Below are positions 48,865 to 64,000 of a DNA stretch of 64,000 bases, in pieces. The stretch's first letter is position 1. Each line of letters begins with the position of its first letter. The position numbers and the translations under genes were made by a program. This DNA comes from Candidatus Janibacter merdipullorum (GTDB lineage Bacteria > Actinomycetota > Actinomycetes > Actinomycetales > Dermatophilaceae), in the NCBI GenBank assembly GCA_019116945.1, contig DXAR01000088.1, positions 1,430 through 65,429 on the forward strand, given 5' to 3'. The notes beneath the pieces are model-generated. The model was not told the DNA's origin. It did not search any database and worked only from the letters and a program-made list of their open reading frames with translations.

Positions 48865-50253
48865 CTACGGCGTCGGCGTGCCCCGCGGGGCAGACATCCC
48901 GTCGATGAGCCGCTGGACGCGCTCGTCGACCGCGCGGAAGGGGTCCTTGCACAGGACGGTGCGCTGCGCCTCGTCGTTGACCTTGAGGTGCACCCAGTCG
49001 ACGGTGACATCCCGGCCGTACTCCCGGGCGGTGCGCACGAAGTCGCCCCGGAGCCGGGCCCGCGTCGTCTGCGGTGGCGTGTCGACGGCGGTGGCGATCT
49101 CCTCGTCCGTGACGACGCGGGAGGCCCGCCCGGCCCGCTGGAGGACGTGGTGCACGCCGCGGCTGGGGTTGATGTCGTGGTAGGCGAGATCGAGCTGGGC
49201 CAGCCGCGGGTCGTCGAGGTCGAGGCCGTGCCGCGTGGCGTAGGAGTCGAGGAGGCGGTACTTGATGACCCAGTCGATCTCGGTGTCGACGAGACCGAGA
49301 TCGTCGCTCTCGACCGCGCGCAGCGTCCGCTCCCAGAGGTCGAGCACGCGGGTGGTGAGCTCGTCGTCGATGCCCTCGCGCTCGGCGTACTCCGTGGCCC
49401 GGGTGAGGTACTCCCCCTGGATCTCGAGGGCGCTCATCCGGCGTCCGTCGGCGAGGGCCACGGGCGTGCGACCGGTGCGGTCGAGGCTGATGTCACGGAT
49501 GGCCCGGATGGGGTTGTCGAGGGACATGTCGGGCAGCGCGATGCCGTCCTCGAGCATCCGCAGGACGAGGTGCGCGGACCCCACCTTGAGCAGGGTCGTC
49601 GTCTCGGTCATCGTCGAGTCGCCGACGATGACGTGCATCCGCCGGTAGTGCTCGGCGTCCGCGTGCGGCTCGTCGCGGGTGTTGATGATCGGCCGGGAGC
49701 GGGTCGTCGCCGAGGAGACCCCCTCCCAGATGTGGTCGGCGCGCTGGCTCACCGAGAAGCGGGTGCCCCGGGAGCCGGCCATGAGCTTGCCCGTCCCGGC
49801 GATGAGCTGCCGGGTGATGAGGAAGGGCAGGAGCCCCTCGGTGACGCGGGAGAAGTCGTCGGTGCGCGCGACGAGGAAGTTCTCGTGGCAGCCGTAGGAG
49901 TTGCCGGCGGAGTCGACGTTGTTCTTGAAGACGTAGATGTCCCCGGAGATCTCCTCCTCGGCCATCCGCGCCTGCGCGTCCTCGACGAGGTCCTGGACGA
50001 TCCGCTCCCCCGCCCGGTCGTGGGCCACGAGGGTGCGCAGGTCGTCGCACTCGGCGGTCGCGTACTCCGGGTGGCTGCCGACGTCGAGGTAGAGGCGGGA
50101 GCCGTTCGGGAGGAAGACATTGCTCGACCGACCCCAGGTGACGACCTTGCGGAAGAGGTAGCGGGCCACCTCGTCCGGCGTCAGCCGCCGCTGGCCGTCG
50201 GTGACGGCGGTGATCCCGAACTCGGTCTCGATGCCGAAGATGCGTCGCTCCAC
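48865..50253 (-). CDS. pafA: Pup--protein ligase
   Basis: [51 protein letters not shown]. Confidence 0.95.
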   Translation of the reverse strand: MERRIFGIETEFGITAVTDGQRRLTPDEVARYLFRKVVTWGRSSNVFLPNGSRLYLDVGSHPEYATAECDDLRTLVAHDRAGERIVQDLVEDAQARMAEEEISGDIYVFKNNVDSAGNSYGCHENFLVARTDDFSRVTEGLLPFLITRQLIAGTGKLMAGSRGTRFSVSQRADHIWEGVSSATTRSRPIINTRDEPHADAEHYRRMHVIVGDSTMTETTTLLKVGSAHLVLRMLEDGIALPDMSLDNPIRAIRDISLDRTGRTPVALADGRRMSALEIQGEYLTRATEYAEREGIDDELTTRVLDLWERTLRAVESDDLGLVDTEIDWVIKYRLLDSYATRHGLDLDDPRLAQLDLAYHDINPSRGVHHVLQRAGRASRVVTDEEIATAVDTPPQTTRARLRGDFVRTAREYGRDVTVDWVHLKVNDEAQRTVLCKDPFRAVDERVQRLIDGMSAPRGTPTP

Positions 50254-50262
50254 GTCGGCAGG

Positions 50263-50958
50263 CTAACCCTCGGACCCGAGACCGTCACCGAGGCGACGGA
50301 AGCACCGCCGCGGACGGGCCCGCTCGAGCACGGCGATCTCGAGGGAGTCCAGCGGGATCGACGGGCCGGGCTCCTCCCCTTCGCCGGGGAGGGAGAGGAC
50401 GGTGACGGCGAGGTCGAAGGCGGCCCCGAGCGTCATGCCCGGCTCCCACCGGGCGGCGAGGGTCTCGTTGAGCCGCTCGCTCGCCCCGCCGATGGCCACG
50501 CAGCCACGCTCGTCGGACACCGAGCCGTCGTAGGTGAGCCGGTAGATCCGGTCGGTGTCGGCCGTGCGACCGACCTCCGCGACGACGATCTCCACCTCGT
50601 AGGGCTTCTGGTCCTGGGTGAAGACGGTGCCGAGCGTCTGGGCGTAGGCATTGGCCAGGGCCCGGGCGGTGACGTCCGAGCGGTCGTAGGAGTAGCCCCG
50701 CAGGTCGGCGTAGCGGATCCCGGCGACGCGGAGGTTCTCGAACTCGTTGTACTTGCCGACGGCCGCGAAGCCGATGCGGTCGTAGATCTCGCTCACCTTG
50801 TTCAGCGAGCGGCTGCTCGGGTTGTCGGCGACGAAGAGGATGCCCTCGTCGTAGCCGAGGACGACGACCGATCGTCCGCGGGCGATGCCGGCCCGGGCGA
50901 AGTCCGCCCGGTCCTTCATCACCTGCTCGGGCGAGACGTAGAAGGGGGGTTGGCTCAC
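50263..50958 (-). CDS. prcA: 20S proteasome alpha subunit
   Basis: [45 protein letters not shown]. Confidence 0.95.
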   Translation of the reverse strand: MSQPPFYVSPEQVMKDRADFARAGIARGRSVVVLGYDEGILFVADNPSSRSLNKVSEIYDRIGFAAVGKYNEFENLRVAGIRYADLRGYSYDRSDVTARALANAYAQTLGTVFTQDQKPYEVEIVVAEVGRTADTDRIYRLTYDGSVSDERGCVAIGGASERLNETLAARWEPGMTLGAAFDLAVTVLSLPGEGEEPGPSIPLDSLEIAVLERARPRRCFRRLGDGLGSEG

Positions 50959-51779
50959 CGGGCACCTCCTGAGTTGCCGCGACGGTCTCGGAGGATCTCC
51001 GCCACGACCTGCTCGATGGTCTCGTCGTCGAGGAAGTGGGCGCCTTGGGGGTCGACGACCCCGACCATCGGCCAGATCTGCCGGTGAACGTCGGGGCCGC
51101 CGGTCGCCGAGTCGTCGTCGGCGGCGTCGTAGAGGGCCTCGATGGCCACCCGGGCGGCGGCTGCGCGCTCGAGGTCCGGCCGCCAGAGCTTCTTCAGGGC
51201 GCCCCGGGCGAAGACGGAGCCGGACCCGACGCTGTGGTGCTGCTGCTCCTCGTAGCACCCGCCGGTGACGTCGTAGGAGAACAGGCGGCCCCGCCCTTCG
51301 TCCTCGTCGTAGCCGGCGAAGGCGGGCACGACGGCCAAGCCCTGCATGGCCAGCCCGAGGTTGCCGCGGAGCATCGCGGCGAGGCGGTTGGCCTTGCCCT
51401 CGAGCGACATGTGGACGCCCTCGATCTTTTCGTAGTGCTCCAGCTCGACCTGGAAGAGGCGGACCATCTCGATGGCGACACCCGCCGTCCCGGCGATACC
51501 GACGAGGGAGAGGTCGTCGGCGGCGAAGACCTTTTCCACATCGCGGTTGGCGATGAGGCTGCCCATCGTCGCCCGCCGGTCACCGGCCATGAGCACGCCC
51601 CCGGACCACACGAGGCTGACGATCGTCGTCCCGTGCGGGGTCTCGAGGGCCGGGGCCGAGGGCAGAATCCGGCGACCGGGGAGCAACTGCGGCTCGTGCC
51701 CGGCGAGGAACTCGGTGAAGGAGGACCCACCGGCGGTGAGGAAGGCGGCCGGAAGGCGTCCCCGGGCGGGGTCGGTCAC
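50955..51779 (-). CDS. prcB: 20S proteasome beta subunit
   Basis: Propeptide PHG|[28 protein letters not shown]. Confidence 0.95.
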   Translation of the reverse strand: MTDPARGRLPAAFLTAGGSSFTEFLAGHEPQLLPGRRILPSAPALETPHGTTIVSLVWSGGVLMAGDRRATMGSLIANRDVEKVFAADDLSLVGIAGTAGVAIEMVRLFQVELEHYEKIEGVHMSLEGKANRLAAMLRGNLGLAMQGLAVVPAFAGYDEDEGRGRLFSYDVTGGCYEEQQHHSVGSGSVFARGALKKLWRPDLERAAAARVAIEALYDAADDDSATGGPDVHRQIWPMVGVVDPQGAHFLDDETIEQVVAEILRDRRGNSGGAR

Positions 51780-51973
51780 TGGCCGCCCTTCTGGACGAAT
51801 CCCTTGACGAACTCCTCGGCGTTGGACTCGAGGACACCGTCGATCTCGTCGAGCACGGAGTCGACGTCCTCGTCGCGGGCGGCGTTCTGGGCAGCGACCT
51901 GGCTGCCGTCGGTGCCCTCCGGGCCCTCGTCACCGCCGCCGGACCGCTCCGGTCGGACCTGCTCCTGTGCCAT
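51776..51973 (-). CDS. pup: Prokaryotic ubiquitin-like protein Pup (C-terminal GGQ)
   Basis: [25 protein letters not shown]. Confidence 0.97.
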   Translation of the reverse strand: MAQEQVRPERSGGGDEGPEGTDGSQVAAQNAARDEDVDSVLDEIDGVLESNAEEFVKGFVQKGGQ

Positions 51974-52025
51974 GACTGCTCCTTTGCCGTGCGGCGGGCG
52001 CCTCGACGCGCCCGATGGGTCGACC

Positions 52026-53522
52026 CTATGCCCCGAGGGCGGAGACGAGGTCGTCCACGTCCCCTGCCGTGAGGAGAGCGTCGGTCTCCGCCCGGCCGTG
52101 GGCCAGCGGATCGGTGAGGGGAAGGCGGGCGACACGCCCCGCCCGCGGCAGCCGCAGGACGAGGCTGTCCCACGACGCGGACACCACGTGGTCGCCGAGC
52201 GTCTCGACGGTCCTCCCCCGCAGCCATGCCCGGGTGTCCTCGGGCGGCGTGGAGACCGCGGAGCGCACCTCGTCCTCCGTCGTGAGACGGGTGATCCGGC
52301 CGGCGGCCTCGAGCTTGTGGAAGATCCCCTTGTCCGGGCGCACGTCGGAGAACTGGATGTCGATCGCGGTGAGGCGCGGGTCGCCCCAGGCCAGGCCGTC
52401 GCGGTCGCGGTAGCGCTGGAGGAGGCCGAGCTTGGCGACCCAGTCGATGTCCGCGACGGCCTCCATCGGGTCGCCGGCGAGCAGCCCGAGCACCCGCTCC
52501 CACTGGGCGAGGACCTCGTCGGTGGCCGGGTCGCTCCCTTCGCGCTCGACGAAGGACCGGGCCCGCTCCAGGTAGTGGCCGAGGATCTCGACGGCGGTGA
52601 GGTCCCTGCCGTCGCGCATGCGGACCGTGGCCCGACAGGTCGGGTCGTGGGAGATGACCTTGAGCGCCTCGACCGGATGGAGCACCTCGAAGGACCGGTC
52701 GACCTCCCCGGCCTCGATCATCGCGAGCACGAGGGAGGTCGAGCCGACCTTGAGGAGGTTGGCGACATCGGCCTGGTTGGCGTCGCCGATGATGACGTGC
52801 AGCCGCCGCCACACGTCGGGGTCGGCGTGCGGCTCGTCGCGGGTGTTGATGATCGGACGCTTGAAGGTCGTCTCCAGGCCCACCGGCGCCTCGAAGAAGT
52901 CGCTGCGGGAGGAGATCTGGTAGCCGACGTGCTCGCTCTCCTGACCGATCCCGACCCGCCCGGCGCCGCACATGACCTGGCGGGCGACGAAGAAGGGGGT
53001 GAGCCCCGTGACGATCCGGTCGAAGGGGGTCTGCCGGCTCACGAGGAAGTTCTCGTGGGTGCCGTAGGAGGCACCCTTGCCGTCGGTGTTGTTCTTGTAG
53101 AGGTTGATCGGTCGGCCGCTCTCGGCGAGCCGCGTGACGACTTCGCGCATGACGAGCTCGCCCGCCCGGTCCCAGACGACCGCGGCGCGGGGGGAGGTGA
53201 CCTCGGGCGAGGAGTACTCGGGGTGCGCGTGGTCGACGTAGAGGCGGGCGCCGTTGGCGAGGACGACGTTGGCGAGCGTCGGGTCCTCGATGTCGGTGAG
53301 CTGCGAGAGGTCGGCCCGCGCCCGCGGGACCTCGAAGCCCCGCGCGTCGACGAGGGGATGCTCGTCGCTGTAGTCCCACGCCCCGTGGGCCGCCCGCAGC
53401 CCGTGGGCCCGGGCATAGGTCGTCACGACCTCCCCCGAGGCCGCCATCGGGTTGGCTCGCGGGTCCCCCGGGACCGCGATCCCGTACTCGGTCTCGATGC
53501 CCATGACCCGTCGCGTGCTCAT
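52026..53522 (-). CDS. dop: Pup deamidase/depupylase
   Basis: RVMGIETEYG, NGARLYVDHAHPEYS, KNNTDGKGASYGTHEN. Confidence 0.95.
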   Translation of the reverse strand: MSTRRVMGIETEYGIAVPGDPRANPMAASGEVVTTYARAHGLRAAHGAWDYSDEHPLVDARGFEVPRARADLSQLTDIEDPTLANVVLANGARLYVDHAHPEYSSPEVTSPRAAVVWDRAGELVMREVVTRLAESGRPINLYKNNTDGKGASYGTHENFLVSRQTPFDRIVTGLTPFFVARQVMCGAGRVGIGQESEHVGYQISSRSDFFEAPVGLETTFKRPIINTRDEPHADPDVWRRLHVIIGDANQADVANLLKVGSTSLVLAMIEAGEVDRSFEVLHPVEALKVISHDPTCRATVRMRDGRDLTAVEILGHYLERARSFVEREGSDPATDEVLAQWERVLGLLAGDPMEAVADIDWVAKLGLLQRYRDRDGLAWGDPRLTAIDIQFSDVRPDKGIFHKLEAAGRITRLTTEDEVRSAVSTPPEDTRAWLRGRTVETLGDHVVSASWDSLVLRLPRAGRVARLPLTDPLAHGRAETDALLTAGDVDDLVSALGA

Positions 53523-53568
53523 GCCCTCAGGGTAGGCGTGCTGGAATGGGGCCGTGAGCTCGACGTGG

Positions 53569-54525
53569 ATGCCCCTGCGCACAAGGCTGCTCGACTGGCT
53601 GACCCGGTCGTCGGTCACGGCTGACGAGATGACGCCCACCCAGCTCTCCCGCATGCGGGGGTCCGTGCCCATGCGGGCGCCCTACACCTGGGTCCTGGGT
53701 CGGCCGACGCCCGGCGTGACGTCCTCCTCCCGCCACATCACCGCCCGCGACGGGTACGAGCTGAAGGTCCGGGTCCACCGGCCCGACGACGCGACCGGCC
53801 CCCTGCCGCTCCTCCTCCACTTCCACGGCGGCGGCTTCGTCATCGGCAACATCGGTGTCTACGACCCGTGGTGCACCGCCGTCGCGGCGCGCGCCCGGGT
53901 CGTCGTCGTCACCGTGGCCTACCGCATGGCCCCGGAGCACCGGGCACCACTCGCCATCCACGACTGCCTCGACGCGACCCACTGGGCCCTCGAGCACACC
54001 GACGAGGTCGGTGCACGGTCCGACTCCGTCGGCGTCTCCGGCGACTCCGCGGGCGGCAATCTCGCTGCGGCCGTGGCCCAGCAGCTCCGTGACGAGGGTG
54101 TCGCCGGCCTGCGCCACCAGGCGCTCGTCTACCCGGCGCCCGACCTCACCGACCGCGAGGAGGAGGCCCTCCAGGAGCTGGACCAGCGCTTCGTGCTCCT
54201 CACCCCGGACATGATGCGCTCCTTCCGGGGGCTCTACCTCGGCGAGGAGGGCGACGAGCGCGACCCGCTCCTCTCCCCCGCCCTCGGCGAGCTCACCGGC
54301 CTCCCCCCGGCACTCGTGCAGACGGCCGAGCACGACCCCCTTCGTCCCGACGGGCTGGCCTACGCGGAGTCGCTCGCCGCGGCCGGCGTCGAGGTCCGCC
54401 AGACGACCTACCGCGGCGCGCCGCACGGCTTCATCACCTTCCCTGGCTTCGCCCCGGCCGCCCACCCGGCGCTCGACGAGCTCGTCGCCGAGATCGCCCA
54501 CCACCTCCACGAGGAGACCCCATGA
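53569..54525 (+). CDS. Alpha/beta hydrolase, HSL-family esterase/lipase
   Basis: HGGG, GDSAGGN, HDPLRPDG, PHGF. Confidence 0.88.
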   Translation: MPLRTRLLDWLTRSSVTADEMTPTQLSRMRGSVPMRAPYTWVLGRPTPGVTSSSRHITARDGYELKVRVHRPDDATGPLPLLLHFHGGGFVIGNIGVYDPWCTAVAARARVVVVTVAYRMAPEHRAPLAIHDCLDATHWALEHTDEVGARSDSVGVSGDSAGGNLAAAVAQQLRDEGVAGLRHQALVYPAPDLTDREEEALQELDQRFVLLTPDMMRSFRGLYLGEEGDERDPLLSPALGELTGLPPALVQTAEHDPLRPDGLAYAESLAAAGVEVRQTTYRGAPHGFITFPGFAPAAHPALDELVAEIAHHLHEETP

Positions 54526-55514
54526 AGCGCCCCTACCCCGGCCTGACCCCGCTCGTCGCCGCGCTGACGACCTACCTCGACAACATCGCGCGGACCTCGA
54601 TCGTCGATGCGACCCTCGAGGACATCCGGGCGGCGCGGGCGACGGTCTACCCGACGACGCCTCCCTTCTCCTGGATCACCGGTCGGGTGGAGCCATCCGT
54701 GCGGATCGAGGAGGGCACGGCCCCGGTCCGGGACGGCGGAAGCATCCCCCTTCGCTGGTACACGCCGTCGGGGACAAAGGGAGGCACCCCCGTCCTCGTC
54801 TTCATCCACGGTGGTGGGTGGGTCCAGGGCTCGACGCGGATGTACGACCCGATCTGCAGCCATCTCGCCGCCGAGCTGGGCATCGTCGTCGTGAGCCTCG
54901 ACTACCGGATGGCGCCGGAGCACCGGGCGCCGGTCGCGGCCCACGACTGCATCGACGCCGTCCGCTGGCTCCACGAGCATGGTGACCACGACATCGACCG
55001 CGACCGGATCGGCCTCAGCGGGGACTCGGCCGGTGGCAACCTCAGCGCGGTCGTCGCCCAGGAGCTGCGCGAACTGCGCTCTGCAGCAGGCGAGCCGGTG
55101 ATCCGCCACCAGGCGCTGATCTACCCCGCGACCGACCTGACGCTGGCCTCGCCCTCCATCGACGAGCACGCCGACGGGGCGATCCTCACCAAGCCCAAGA
55201 TCCTGCGCTTCCGCGAGCTCTACCTCGGCGACGGGCCCGATGCGCCGACGCTCGACGACCCGATCCTCTCGCCGCTCTTCGGCGACGTCACCGGGGTCGC
55301 GCCCGCGCTCGTGCAGACAGCCGACCTCGACCCGATCCGCGACGACGGGCTGCGCTATGCCGAGCACCTGCGCGCTGCGGGTGTCGACGTGCGGGTGACC
55401 AACTACCTCGGTCTGCCGCACGGCTTCGCGAGCTTCCCCGGAGTCGCCCCGGCCGGCCGGCAGAGCCGCCTCGAGCTCGTCACCGAGATCCGCCGTCACC
55501 TCGTGGGCGCCTGA
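54522..55514 (+). CDS. Alpha/beta hydrolase, HSL-family esterase/lipase (tandem paralogue)
   Basis: HGGG, GDSAGGN, LDPIRDDG, PHGF. Confidence 0.88.
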   Translation: MKRPYPGLTPLVAALTTYLDNIARTSIVDATLEDIRAARATVYPTTPPFSWITGRVEPSVRIEEGTAPVRDGGSIPLRWYTPSGTKGGTPVLVFIHGGGWVQGSTRMYDPICSHLAAELGIVVVSLDYRMAPEHRAPVAAHDCIDAVRWLHEHGDHDIDRDRIGLSGDSAGGNLSAVVAQELRELRSAAGEPVIRHQALIYPATDLTLASPSIDEHADGAILTKPKILRFRELYLGDGPDAPTLDDPILSPLFGDVTGVAPALVQTADLDPIRDDGLRYAEHLRAAGVDVRVTNYLGLPHGFASFPGVAPAGRQSRLELVTEIRRHLVGA

Positions 55515-55516
55515 CC

Positions 55517-56080
55517 GTGGCCCGGCAGACCGACGAGCGCGTCACCTCCCCCGGTGCCCGTACGGCCGTCGCGGCCACCCTCGACCTCGTGGTCGTCGTC
55601 GTCTTCACCCTCATCGGGCGGCGTACGCACGACGAGCCGCTCGACCCCGCCGGGTGGTGGCAGACCGCGTGGCCCTTCCTCGCCGGACTGCTCATTGGGT
55701 GGGCCGTCGTCGCCCTGACGACGCGGGCCTGGCCGACGCGACTGTGGCACGGCCTGCCGGTGTGGATCTCGACGGTCTTCGCGGGGATGGCCTTCCGGGA
55801 CATGTCCGGCCAGGGCACGGCGCTCCCTTTCGTCGTCGTGGCCACCCTCTTCCTCGCGGCGACGCTCCTCGGCTGGCGCCTCGTCCTCTGGCTCGTGGAC
55901 CGGCGGCGTCCGGAGTCCTCGCGGCCGGCCGGGGCCGGCCGGGGGCGGGTCCACGAGCCCGTCGAGCACACCCAGGTGGGTGACCCGCTGGGCCTGGAGG
56001 AGCTCACCGGTCCGGCGGACCGCACCCGTGGTCGTGGCGTCGTGCCGCCGGCCGAAGGGGAGGATCCCCGCGACGGATGA
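55517..56080 (+). CDS. DUF3054 family membrane protein
   Basis: DLVVVVVFTLIGRRTH, TAWPFLAG, GMAFR...FVVVA. Confidence 0.8.
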   Translation: MARQTDERVTSPGARTAVAATLDLVVVVVFTLIGRRTHDEPLDPAGWWQTAWPFLAGLLIGWAVVALTTRAWPTRLWHGLPVWISTVFAGMAFRDMSGQGTALPFVVVATLFLAATLLGWRLVLWLVDRRRPESSRPAGAGRGRVHEPVEHTQVGDPLGLEELTGPADRTRGRGVVPPAEGEDPRDG

Positions 56081-56128
56081 GCCCTCGTGCTCATGCCCCG
56101 GGACGGCTGCAGCGGCACTCTCGTGGGC

Positions 56129-56506
56129 ATGACCGACGCCGCCCGTCCCCGGCCCACCCTGCGGGCCCATGCCACCGTCCTGGGCTGGCTCGTCCTCGCC
56201 GGCGTCCTCGTCGCCGTGCTCTGGGGGATCTCCCCGGACCACAACCCCAACGGTCAGTGCGAGGGCATCGGCTTCGGCTGCACACCCACGCCGCGGGACT
56301 CCGTCCTGCTCGTGGCCGCCGTCGTGGGCCTGCCCCTCGGACTCGGCACGGCCATCTTCGCGCTCGTGCTCGTCGGGGTCGCCCAAGGCAGGCGGTGGTT
56401 CCCGAGCCTCGGCCCGGTTGCCCTCGGCACCGTGGCGACGGGGATCGGTGTCGTCGGCGCGCTCGTCCTGGCCGTCATCGTCGTCGGTCTCGGGTCCGCC
56501 GCGTGA
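56129..56506 (+). CDS. Hypothetical membrane protein
   Basis: Three hydrophobic segments with a CEGIGFGC loop; start 56129 inferred. Confidence 0.55.
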   Translation: MTDAARPRPTLRAHATVLGWLVLAGVLVAVLWGISPDHNPNGQCEGIGFGCTPTPRDSVLLVAAVVGLPLGLGTAIFALVLVGVAQGRRWFPSLGPVALGTVATGIGVVGALVLAVIVVGLGSAA

Positions 56507-56518
56507 CCGTGGCGGGGG

Positions 56519-58180
56519 TCAGAGGTACTGGCCCGTCCGCGAGCCGGTGTCGATCGACCGCCCCGGCTCGGCCGCGCCGGACTTCCCCCCGATGAGGGTG
56601 CGGATGTAGACGATCCGCTCCCCCTTCTTGCCGGAGATCTTCGCCCAGTCGTCGGGATTCGTCGTGTTGGGCAGGTCCTCGTTCTCCTTGAACTCTGCGA
56701 GGCAGGCGTCGAGCAGGTGCCCGACGCGCAGGCCCTCGATGCCGGTCGTGAGGAAGTCCTTGACCGCGGCCTTCTTCGAGCGGTCGACGATGTTCTGGAT
56801 CATCGCCCCGGAGTTGAAGTCCTTGAAGTAGAGGACCTCCTTGTCCCCGCCCTGATAGGTGACCTCGAGGAACTGGTTCTCCGCGGACTCGGCGTACATC
56901 CGCTCCACCACCGCCTCGATCATCTGCTCGACCGTCGCGTCGCGGTCGCCGTCGTGCTCCTCGAGGTCCTCGGGGTGCAGCGGCAGGTCCGACGTGAGGT
57001 ACTTACTGAAGATGTCCTTGGCCCCCTCGGCATCCGGCCGCTCGATCTTGATCTTCACGTCGAGCCGCCCGGGCCGCAGGATGGCCGGGTCGATCATGTC
57101 CTCGCGGTTGGTGGCACCGATGACGATGACGTTGTCCAACCCCTCGACGCCGTCGATCTCCGCGAGCAGCTGCGGCACGATCGTCGTCTCCACGTCGGAG
57201 GACACGCCGGACCCGCGGGTGCGGAAGAGGCTGTCCATCTCGTCGAAGAAGACGACGACCGGCGTCCCGTCGGTCGACTTCTCGCGGGCGCGGTGGAAGA
57301 TGAGCCGGATGTGGCGCTCGGTCTCGCCGACGTACTTGTTGAGCAGCTCGGGACCCTTGATGTTGAGGAAGTAGGCCGTCGCGCTCTCCTGCCCCGTCCG
57401 CTCGGCGACCTTGCGCGCGAGGGAGGCGGCGACCGCCTTGGCGATCATCGTCTTGCCGTTGCCGGGCGGACCGTAGAGGAGGACCCCCTTCGGCGCCTTG
57501 AGCTGGTGCCGCTCGTAGAGGTCGGCGTGGAGGTAGGGCAGCTCGACGCTGTCCCGGATCGCCTCAATCTGCTCCGCGAGCCCCCCGATGTCCTCGTAGC
57601 CGAGGTCGGGCACCTCCTCGAGGACGAGGTCGGCCACCTCGGCGCGCGGGATGCGCTCGACGGCGATGTTGGAGCGCTGGTCGATGAGGACGGCGTCGCC
57701 GACCCGCACCTGCTTGTCGGTGACGCGCGTGCCGCGGCGGACGACCCGCTCCTCGTCCTGACGCAGGACGACGAGCAGCCGGTCCTCGTCGAGGACCTCC
57801 TTGACGAGGACGACCTCGCCGGCGACGTCCTCGGCGTGCACCGAGACGACATTCATCGCCTCGTTGAGGCGCACCTCCCGGCCGACGCCCAGCTCGTCCG
57901 CCTCGACGGCGGGGCTCACCGCGACGTGCATCTTGCGGCCGCCGCTGAGGACGTCGACGGTGTGGTCCTCCGCCTGGACGCCGACGATGACGGCGTACGA
58001 GGCCGGCGGCTGGGCCAGCCGCTCGATCTCCTCACGGAGGGTGACGATCTGCTGCCGGGCGTCCTTGAGCGTGCGCACGAGGCGCTCGTTCTGCGAGGCG
58101 ACGGTGGTCGCCTGGGAGCGCTGGCGGGCGAGCTCGGCCTGCAGCTCGCGGACATCGCTCGGCGTCGGTTCCGTGGTCAT
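56519..58180 (-). CDS. arc: Proteasome-associated AAA ATPase Arc/Mpa
   Basis: N-terminal coiled coil, [22 protein letters not shown]-terminal GQYL. Confidence 0.96.
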   Translation of the reverse strand: MTTEPTPSDVRELQAELARQRSQATTVASQNERLVRTLKDARQQIVTLREEIERLAQPPASYAVIVGVQAEDHTVDVLSGGRKMHVAVSPAVEADELGVGREVRLNEAMNVVSVHAEDVAGEVVLVKEVLDEDRLLVVLRQDEERVVRRGTRVTDKQVRVGDAVLIDQRSNIAVERIPRAEVADLVLEEVPDLGYEDIGGLAEQIEAIRDSVELPYLHADLYERHQLKAPKGVLLYGPPGNGKTMIAKAVAASLARKVAERTGQESATAYFLNIKGPELLNKYVGETERHIRLIFHRAREKSTDGTPVVVFFDEMDSLFRTRGSGVSSDVETTIVPQLLAEIDGVEGLDNVIVIGATNREDMIDPAILRPGRLDVKIKIERPDAEGAKDIFSKYLTSDLPLHPEDLEEHDGDRDATVEQMIEAVVERMYAESAENQFLEVTYQGGDKEVLYFKDFNSGAMIQNIVDRSKKAAVKDFLTTGIEGLRVGHLLDACLAEFKENEDLPNTTNPDDWAKISGKKGERIVYIRTLIGGKSGAAEPGRSIDTGSRTGQYL

Positions 58181-58239
58181 CGACTCATGCTCCCTTCCCG
58201 CCGGGTACGGCGGTCTCCTGACAGTCTCCCCCGAGACGG

Positions 58240-60380
<2,141 letters not shown>

Positions 60381-60455
60381 GGACCTGACCCTAAGCGAGG
60401 GCGGTCAGGTGGTGATAATGGGAGGTCCTCCCCCGACCTCGACAGGATGTCCTTC

Positions 60456-64000
<3,545 letters not shown>

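Noticed and set aside
48865-58180. Pup-proteasome, pafBC and tat cluster as a novel system
   Set aside because: It is the well-described conserved actinobacterial locus in standard order.
60381-60455. Cobalamin or SAM riboswitch ahead of metH
   Set aside because: The intergenic space is only about 70 nt, holds divergent leaderless promoters and has no aptamer consensus.

Overview
High-GC actinobacterial chromosomal segment. Gene content and codon style suggest Micrococcales (Janibacter/Intrasporangiaceae-like), which is an inference. The left half (1-33 kb) is accessory and metabolic: a CmpX/MscS-like membrane protein, acyl-CoA synthetase, TetR-regulated betB-betA-betT choline/glycine-betaine cluster, class II UvrA, an Fe-siderophore ABC importer with an IdeR-like box, an AraC/MBL-fold/SDR unit, a decayed FitA/PadR/alpha-beta-hydrolase patch, and a sulfur-scavenging operon. 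That operon (flavin reductase, broken sfnG, OsmC remnant) sits behind a SAM riboswitch followed by a Cys-containing leader peptide. The right half (33-64 kb) is the conserved actinobacterial rbpA-fxsA-ppm1-lnt-helY-tatAC-pafBC-FKBP-pafA-prcAB-pup-dop-arc-trmI-metH locus. Three observations stand out. (1) A DUF559/AbiEi-like nuclease gene is inserted between pafB and the FKBP gene, flanked on both sides by a ~40-bp palindromic element (TYATTG loop); a third, orphan copy lies 23 kb away, giving a REP/RAYT-like arrangement. (2) The SAM riboswitch and Cys leader peptide are in tandem. (3) The 9-mer GACGAAGGG is strongly iterated. No tRNA, rRNA, CRISPR array or intact transposase was seen.
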